Of a stretch of 57,708 bases of DNA, positions 52,329-57,708 are shown piece by piece (the stretch's first letter is position 1; each line of letters opens with the position of its first letter). The DNA is from Actinomycetota bacterium (GTDB lineage: Bacteria > Actinomycetota > Acidimicrobiia > Spongiisociales > UBA11373): assembly GCA_016870535.1 (NCBI GenBank), contig VGBK01000004.1, positions 1-57,708 on the forward strand. The letters are read 5' to 3'. The notes below the pieces were generated by a model. It saw only the letters and a list, made by a program, of their open reading frames with translations, did no database searches and was not told the DNA's origin. The position numbers were made by a program, and so were the translations under genes.

Positions 52329-53669
52329 TCACCTCTTCTTCTTCACCCTCCGCCCCGGCAGGGCCAGCCCGGGTATGGGGCTGCGGCCCTCGGCGACGGC
52401 CTTCATCATCCGCTGCGACTCGCCGAACTGGCGCAGCAACTCGTTCACCTGCTGGGGACTGGTGCCCGACCCGGCGGCGATCCGCCGGCGGCGGCTCCCG
52501 TCGATGAGCTTCGGGCCCCGCCTCTCAGCAGGGGTCATGGAGCGGATGATGGCCTCCGCCCGCGCCATGGCCTCGTCGGACGACTCGACCGAGCGAAACG
52601 CCGACGCGGCGCCGGGGAGCATACCAAGCAATTGCCCCAGAGACCCCATCCGGCGGACCTGCTGGAGTTGATCCAGGAAGTCCTCCAGGGTGAAGGAGGC
52701 GCGCCGCATCTTCTCGGCCGCCGCCTCGGCCTGCTCCCGGTCCCAGGCGGCCTCGGCCTTCTCGATCAGGGTCAGCACGTCGCCCATGCCCAGCAGGCGG
52801 GAAGCCATGCGCTCGGGGTGGAAGACCTCCAGGCCGTCGAGGCCTTCCCCCACCCCGGCGAACTTGATCGGCCGCCCGGTGACCTCGCGAGCCGAGATGG
52901 CCGCCCCGCCCCGGGCATCACCGTCGAGCTTCGAGAAGATGAGGCCGGTGATCTCGGTGCGCTCCAGGAAGCCGCGGGCCACGTTGACCGCGTCCTGGCC
53001 GGTCATGGCATCCACCACCAGCAGCACTTCGTCGGGTTCCACCGCCCGGCGCACCGCGGCCAGTTCGGCCATCAGCGGCTCGTCGATCTGCAGGCGCCCC
53101 GCGGTGTCGACGATCACCACGTCGCAGCCCAGCTCCCCGGCCCGCCGCAGGGCCGCCTTGGCCAGCCTCGGTGGGGTCGAGGAGCGCTCGGTGAACACCG
53201 GGACCCCGGCCCGCGCCCCCAGCGCTTCCAACTGCTCCACCGCCGCCGGCCGCTGCAGATCCGCCGCCACCAGCAGCGGGTGCTTGCCCGATGCCTTGAG
53301 CCGCCGGGCCAGCTTGGCCGCGGTGGTGGTCTTGCCCGAGCCCTGCAACCCCACCATCAGGATGCGCAGCGGGGGCACCCGGGCCGGAGCCAGCGGCGCC
53401 GTCTCGCCGCCCAGGGTGACGATGAGTTCCTCGTGGACGATCTTCACCACCTGCTGGCCCGGGGTCAGGCTGGCCGCCACCTCGGCGCCGACCGCCCGGG
53501 CGCGCACCCGCTCCAGGAACGCTCGAGTGACCGCCACATTGACGTCGGCCTCCAGGAGGGCGAGCCGCACCTCCCGCAGGGCGGCGTCGACATCGCCCTC
53601 ACCGAGGCGGCCGCGGCTGCGCAGGCGGTCGAAGACCGCTCCGAGATGCGAGGTGAGGGACTCGAACAA
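52329..53669 (-). CDS. ffh: Signal recognition particle protein Ffh
   Basis: LFESLTSHLG N-terminus (TTG start at 53669), GLQGSGKTTT, DTAGR and a Met-rich M domain. Trimmed from track ORF 52329..53804. Confidence 0.95.
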   Translation of the reverse strand: MFESLTSHLGAVFDRLRSRGRLGEGDVDAALREVRLALLEADVNVAVTRAFLERVRARAVGAEVAASLTPGQQVVKIVHEELIVTLGGETAPLAPARVPPLRILMVGLQGSGKTTTAAKLARRLKASGKHPLLVAADLQRPAAVEQLEALGARAGVPVFTERSSTPPRLAKAALRRAGELGCDVVIVDTAGRLQIDEPLMAELAAVRRAVEPDEVLLVVDAMTGQDAVNVARGFLERTEITGLIFSKLDGDARGGAAISAREVTGRPIKFAGVGEGLDGLEVFHPERMASRLLGMGDVLTLIEKAEAAWDREQAEAAAEKMRRASFTLEDFLDQLQQVRRMGSLGQLLGMLPGAASAFRSVESSDEAMARAEAIIRSMTPAERRGPKLIDGSRRRRIAAGSGTSPQQVNELLRQFGESQRMMKAVAEGRSPIPGLALPGRRVKKKR

Positions 53670-53772
53670 GCCGGGGGCAGGGTAGTCCGGGCCGGCATTC
53701 AGGCTCCGGCGACTCAGGCCCCGGCGGGAGGGCGGCAGCGAGTACCCTCTGTCGAGCGCGAGAGGAGCCGGG

Positions 53773-54393
53773 TTGAATCTCACCGTCATCGACCATCCCC
53801 TCACCCGCCACTACCTCACGGTGCTGCGCGACCGGCGCACCTCGCCGGAGCCCTTCCGCGCCGCCGCCCGCCGCCTCACCTACACGCTCGTTCACGAGGC
53901 CACGGCGCGGGCTCCGCTGTATCAGGAGGACATCGAGACTCCCCTGGAGCCCGTCGCGGGCTACCACATGCCGGGGGTGGTGGCCATCGCCGTCCTGCGG
54001 GCCGGCCTGGGCATGCTCGACGCCGTGGTCGACCTCATCCCCGACGTCAAAGTGGGCTTCGCCGGCCTGCAGCGCGACGAGGAGACCGCCCAGCCCATGG
54101 AGTACTACTTCAAGCTGCCCGACCTGTCGGGCTCGGTGGTGCTCATCCTCGAGCCGATGCTGGCCACCGGCGGCTCCCTGTCGTGGGCGGCGGCCAAGGC
54201 CAAGACCTCCGGGGCGCGCGACATCACCGCCCTCTGCGTGGTGGCGGCGCCGGAGGGGGTGCGCCGCATGTACCAGGACCACCCCGACGTCCGCATCGTC
54301 GCCGCCGCTCTCGACCGGGAACTCGACGCCCACTACTACATCCGGCCCGGCCTGGGCGACATGGGCGACCGTCTCTTCGGGACGCTGGGATGA
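53773..54393 (+). CDS. upp: Uracil phosphoribosyltransferase
   Basis: VIDHPL, ILEPMLATGGS and YIRPGLGDMGDRLFGT. TTG start. Confidence 0.93.
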   Translation: MNLTVIDHPLTRHYLTVLRDRRTSPEPFRAAARRLTYTLVHEATARAPLYQEDIETPLEPVAGYHMPGVVAIAVLRAGLGMLDAVVDLIPDVKVGFAGLQRDEETAQPMEYYFKLPDLSGSVVLILEPMLATGGSLSWAAAKAKTSGARDITALCVVAAPEGVRRMYQDHPDVRIVAAALDRELDAHYYIRPGLGDMGDRLFGTLG

Positions 54394-54683
54394 CCCGCCC
54401 CGACTTCGAGGAGGCGGTGCGCGCCGTGGTGCGCAGCCTGCCCTCGGGCGCCGTGGCCACCTACGGCGAGGTGGCCGCCGACGCCGGGTTCCCCGGGGCC
54501 GCCCGGGCGGTGGGCAGCCTCCTCCGCCGATCCACCGGCCTCCCCTGGTGGCGGGTGGTGGCCGCCGGAGGCCGCCTCATCCCCGGCGAGGAGCAAGAGC
54601 AGGCCCGGCGCCTGCGGGCCGAGGGGGTGCCTCTCACCGCCGAAGGCAAGGTGGCTCTGTCCATCCTGGGCGGCCGGCCATGA
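54390..54683 (+). CDS. Alkyltransferase-like protein (ATL; MGMT DNA-binding domain with active-site Cys replaced by Trp)
   Basis: 97 aa. YGEVAADAGFPGAARAVGSLL..LPWWRVV..G..EQARRLRAEGV parallels E. coli YbaZ YGDVAKLAGSPRAARQVG..LPWHRVV..QRQALLAEGV (from memory). ATGA overlaps on both sides. Confidence 0.85.
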   Translation: MTRPDFEEAVRAVVRSLPSGAVATYGEVAADAGFPGAARAVGSLLRRSTGLPWWRVVAAGGRLIPGEEQEQARRLRAEGVPLTAEGKVALSILGGRP

Positions 54684-55984
54684 ACGCCGTCGAGATCATC
54701 CAGCGCAAGCGCGATGGGGGCCCCCTCAGCCCCCAGCAGATCCGCTGGGTCATCGGCGAGTACGCCGCCGACCGCCTCCCCGACTACCAGATGGCAGCCC
54801 TGCTGATGGCGGTGTTCAAGGAAGGCCTCGACGCCGAGGAGCTCGCCGCCTGGGTGGACGCCATGCTGCACTCCGGCGACACCCTCGACTTCTCCCACGT
54901 GGCCGCTCCCAAGATCGACAAGCACTCGACCGGCGGAGTGGGCGACAAAGTGAGCCTGCCGCTGGGGCCGATGGTCGCCGCCTGCGGAGTCGCCGTGCCC
55001 ATGATGAGCGGGCGGGGCCTGGGCCACACCGGCGGCACGCTGGACAAGCTGGAGACGATCCCCGGCTTCCGCACCGCCCTCGACCCGCCCGAGTTCCGCG
55101 CTCTCCTCGCCCGCACCGGCCTGGTGCTGGCCGGGCAGTCGGAGACCCTGGTGCCCGCCGACCGCCGCCTGTACGCCCTACGCGACGCCACCGGCACGGT
55201 GGAGTCCATCCCCCTGATCTCCTCGTCCATCATGTCCAAGAAGCTGGCCGAGGGCCTCGACGGCCTGGTGCTCGACGTCAAGGTGGGGCGCGGCGCCTTC
55301 ATGAAGCGCCTGGAGGACTCCCGCACCCTCGCCGAGACCATGGTGGGGATCGGGCGCTCGTACGGAACCCCGGTGCGGGCGGTGCTCACCGACATGAGCC
55401 AGCCTCTGGGTCGCGAGGTGGGCAATGCCTGTGAGGTGGCCGAGTCGGTGGAGGTCCTGCGCGGCGGCGGCCCCGCCGACCTGGTCGACGTCACCTACCG
55501 CCTGGGCGAGGAGATGCTGCTGCTGGGCGGAGCCGCGGCCGACCGGGCGGAGGGGCGCGCCCGCCTGGAGCGAGCGGTGGCATCAGGGGCCGCCCTGGAG
55601 AAACTGGTGGAGGTCGTGGCCGCCCAGGGCGGCGACCCGAGGGTGATTCACGACCCCTCGCTCCTGCCCTCGGCCCCGCACCGGCACGAGGTGGCCGCGG
55701 CGCGGGGCGGCTTCCTCACCCGTTGCGACGCCCTCGACCTGGGCGTGGCCGCCACGCGCCTCGGGGCCGGGCGGGAACGCAAGGAGGACACCATCGATCC
55801 CCGGGTGGGGCTGCGGGTCCTGGTCAAGGTGGGCGACCCGGTGGAGGCGGGACAGCCCCTGGTGCGCCTGGCCTGGGCCGACGCCGCACGCCTGGCCGAG
55901 GCTCTCCCCCTGGTGGAGCGGGCCCTGGAGGTGGGTGACGAGCGGTCGGCGCCGCCGCCCCTCGTCCACGGGGAAGTCCCCTGA
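54680..55984 (+). CDS. deoA: Thymidine / pyrimidine-nucleoside phosphorylase
   Basis: IIQRKRDGG, DKHSTGGVGDK and GRGLGHTGGTLDKLE. Trimmed from track ORF 54548..55984. Confidence 0.95.
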   Translation: MNAVEIIQRKRDGGPLSPQQIRWVIGEYAADRLPDYQMAALLMAVFKEGLDAEELAAWVDAMLHSGDTLDFSHVAAPKIDKHSTGGVGDKVSLPLGPMVAACGVAVPMMSGRGLGHTGGTLDKLETIPGFRTALDPPEFRALLARTGLVLAGQSETLVPADRRLYALRDATGTVESIPLISSSIMSKKLAEGLDGLVLDVKVGRGAFMKRLEDSRTLAETMVGIGRSYGTPVRAVLTDMSQPLGREVGNACEVAESVEVLRGGGPADLVDVTYRLGEEMLLLGGAAADRAEGRARLERAVASGAALEKLVEVVAAQGGDPRVIHDPSLLPSAPHRHEVAAARGGFLTRCDALDLGVAATRLGAGRERKEDTIDPRVGLRVLVKVGDPVEAGQPLVRLAWADAARLAEALPLVERALEVGDERSAPPPLVHGEVP

Positions 55985-55991
55985 GGAAGGG

Positions 55992-56822
55992 ATGCTCATG
56001 AGCTACGAGGAACTCGCCGCCGCTGCCGCCGCCATAGGGGAAAGCACCGGGCGCCCAACGCACACCGTGGCGCTGGTGCTGGGATCGGGCCTGGGGGACT
56101 ACGCCGCCTCGCTACCGGGAGCGGTGGCCGTGCCCTATGCCGACATCCCGGGCTTCCCCGTCCCCAAGGTCGAGGGCCACGGCGGCACCCTGTACTCGGC
56201 GGCCCCCGGAGGCAAGCCGGTGCTGGTCTTCTCGGGACGGGTGCACGCCTACGAGGGCTGGCCGCTGGACAAGGTGGTCTTCGCCGTGCGCGCCGCCGTC
56301 CTCTGCGGCGGCGGCACCCTCGTGCTCACCAATGCCGCGGGCGGGGCCGGGGACGGCCTGGAAGCCGGCGACCTGGTCCTGATCCGCGACCACCTGAACC
56401 TCGCCGCCCGCAACCCCCTGACGGGAGCCAACGACGACCGCCTCGGCGCCCGCTTCCCCGACATGTCGGAGGTGTATTCCGCCGATCTCCGCCGGATCGC
56501 CCGCCGCGCCGGCGAGCGCGCCGGGGTGCCGCTGAAGGAGGGGGTGTACGCCTGGTTCCTGGGCCCGTCGTACGAAACCCCGGCCGAGGTGCAGATGGCC
56601 CGCCGCCTCGGAGCCGATCTGGTGGGGATGTCCACCGTGCCGGAGGCCATCGCCGCCCGCCACATGGGAGCCCGGGTGCTGGGGATCTCCCTGGTGACCA
56701 ACCTGGCGGCGGGGATCTCACCGGTGCCCCTCAGCCACGAGGAGGTGCAGGCCACGGGCCTGGCCGCCCGGGGCCGCTTCACTGCGCTGCTCGACGCCCT
56801 GCTGCCCGCCCTGGCCTCCTGA
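55992..56822 (+). CDS. punA: Purine nucleoside phosphorylase (trimeric PNP/PunA type)
   Basis: LGSGLG, GRVHAYEG, GPSYETPAE and GMSTVPE. ATG at 55992 (or 55998) after a GAGGAAGG SD. Confidence 0.93.
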   Translation: MLMSYEELAAAAAAIGESTGRPTHTVALVLGSGLGDYAASLPGAVAVPYADIPGFPVPKVEGHGGTLYSAAPGGKPVLVFSGRVHAYEGWPLDKVVFAVRAAVLCGGGTLVLTNAAGGAGDGLEAGDLVLIRDHLNLAARNPLTGANDDRLGARFPDMSEVYSADLRRIARRAGERAGVPLKEGVYAWFLGPSYETPAEVQMARRLGADLVGMSTVPEAIAARHMGARVLGISLVTNLAAGISPVPLSHEEVQATGLAARGRFTALLDALLPALAS

Positions 56823-56837
56823 GGGCGCCGCAACCGG

Positions 56838-56857
56838 GCCGCGGAATTAACCGCGGC
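56838..56857 (+). terminator. Short hairpin after punA (putative terminator)
   Basis: GCCGCGG-AATTAA-CCGCGGC: a 7-bp stem with an AT loop, 16 nt after the punA stop. No clear U-tract. Confidence 0.35.
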
Positions 56858-56912
56858 TAACATTCGCTCGGCCTCCCCTAGGATGGGAGGGCAGTCGCAC
56901 ACGGGGAGTGCC

Positions 56913-57689
56913 ATGAAGATCGCGGTCTGCGTCAAGCAGATACCGGATCCCAACACGCCCTACGCGTTGGATCCGGAGACCCATTTCGTGCAGCGGCCGC
57001 AGGACCAGATTCTCGACGACACCGATCGCTACGGCGTCGAGGTAGGCCTGCAGCTCGCCGAAGCCACCGAGGGGACCGTCACCCTGGTGTCCATGTGCCC
57101 GGCGGGGAACCTCCAGGGCATCCGCCAAGCCCTGGCCATGGGGGCCCACAAGGCGGTGATCGTCAGCGACCCGGCCCTCCAGGGATCGGACGCCCTGGTC
57201 ACCGCCAAGGTGCTGGCCGCGGTGCTGCGCCGGGCGCAGCCCGATCTGGTCATCGCCGGCACCGAGTCCACCGACGGGTACACCGGGGTGGTGCCGCAGC
57301 AGCTGGCGGAGCTGCTCGGCCTGCCCTCCCTCACCTTCGCCCGCAAGGTCGTCGGGGGGGACGGCAAGATCCGCATCGAGCGGCTCACCGCCACCGGCTA
57401 CGAGGTGGTCGAGGCGCCGCTGCCGGCGCTGCTCTCCGTCACCTCCGGAGCAGTGGAGCCCCGCTATCCCACGTTCAAGGGGATCATGGCGGCGAAGACC
57501 AAGCCGGTGGAGCAGCCCGCCGCCGCCGACCTCGGCTTCGGCCCCGACAGCGTGGGCCGCGCCGGTTCGGCGCAGGAGATCGTCGGCGTCCGGGCCGCTC
57601 CCGAGCGAGGCGCCGGCCGCAAGGTCGTCGACGAGGGGGAGGCCCATCTGGAGATCGTGCGGCTCCTCGAACAGGTGAAGGTGATCTGA
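56913..57689 (+). CDS. etfB: Electron transfer flavoprotein beta subunit
   Basis: MKIAVCVKQIPD, and the rest is EtfB-like. GGGGAG SD. Confidence 0.95.
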   Translation: MKIAVCVKQIPDPNTPYALDPETHFVQRPQDQILDDTDRYGVEVGLQLAEATEGTVTLVSMCPAGNLQGIRQALAMGAHKAVIVSDPALQGSDALVTAKVLAAVLRRAQPDLVIAGTESTDGYTGVVPQQLAELLGLPSLTFARKVVGGDGKIRIERLTATGYEVVEAPLPALLSVTSGAVEPRYPTFKGIMAAKTKPVEQPAAADLGFGPDSVGRAGSAQEIVGVRAAPERGAGRKVVDEGEAHLEIVRLLEQVKVI

Positions 57690-57690
57690 C

Positions 57691-57708
57691 ATGCAGACCT
57701 GGGTGTTC
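57691..57708 (+). CDS. etfA: Probable start of electron transfer flavoprotein alpha subunit (3'-truncated by window edge)
   Basis: ATG 1 nt after the etfB stop, reading MQTWVF. Called from operon context only. Confidence 0.5.

Noticed and set aside
53670-53772. Possible PyrR-type attenuator or riboswitch in the ffh/upp divergent region (contains GAGAGGAG)
   Set aside because: There is only a partial resemblance to the PyrR binding loop. The GAGAGGAG is more simply the upp SD. I could not identify a convincing terminator/antiterminator pair.

Overview
Very GC-rich (by eye above 70%) actinobacterial-type chromosomal segment, tightly packed with about 60 protein genes. I recognised no rRNA, tRNA, CRISPR array, transposase or phage genes.

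The backbone is a long, mostly minus-strand housekeeping super-cluster. Read right to left it runs: ffh-rpsP-KH-rimM | trmD-rplS-lepB-DUF2469-yraN | yifB-dprA-xerC-whiG-rpsB-tsf-pyrH-frr-cdsA-dxr-rseP-ispG-proS-rimP-nusA-infB-DUF503-rbfA-nrnA-truB-ribF | rpsO-pnp-imuA'-imuB. As I recall it, this matches the order of the Mycobacterium/Streptomyces chromosome core, compacted here with many 4-nt start/stop overlaps.

Three accessory blocks interrupt the backbone:
- 6.5-9.5 kb: a membrane alpha/beta-hydrolase and a propeller-FGE lipoprotein.
- 32.6-34.9 kb: a GH1 glycosidase, a crotonase and a small CxxC protein.
- 37.6-51.1 kb: a block splitting rimM from trmD. It holds an SH3 membrane protein, split FO synthase cofG/cofH, a Cys-less GAPDH paralog coupled to canonical gap, a split ADP-forming acyl-CoA synthetase, SRPBCC, an Fsr-like MFS, an unknown 376-aa protein, an SDR and a Gfo/Idh/MocA oxidoreductase.

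The right end carries a plus-strand upp-ATL-deoA-punA salvage operon and etfBA.

Most unusual observations:
- An ~820-codon acidic Trp-rich repeat extension fused in frame to cdsA.
- The catalytically dead GAPDH paralog, whose stop overlaps the start of gap by 1 nt.
- A 244-codon unknown in-frame N-terminal region on CofH.
- An alkyltransferase-like (Cys to Trp) protein embedded in a nucleoside-salvage operon.
- A perfect LexA box filling the spacer of the imuA'-imuB promoter.
- A canonical terminator hairpin placed immediately before the rimP-nusA-infB start.

Many long ORFs in the supplied track are high-GC off-frame artefacts. Several track ORFs were trimmed to internal starts.
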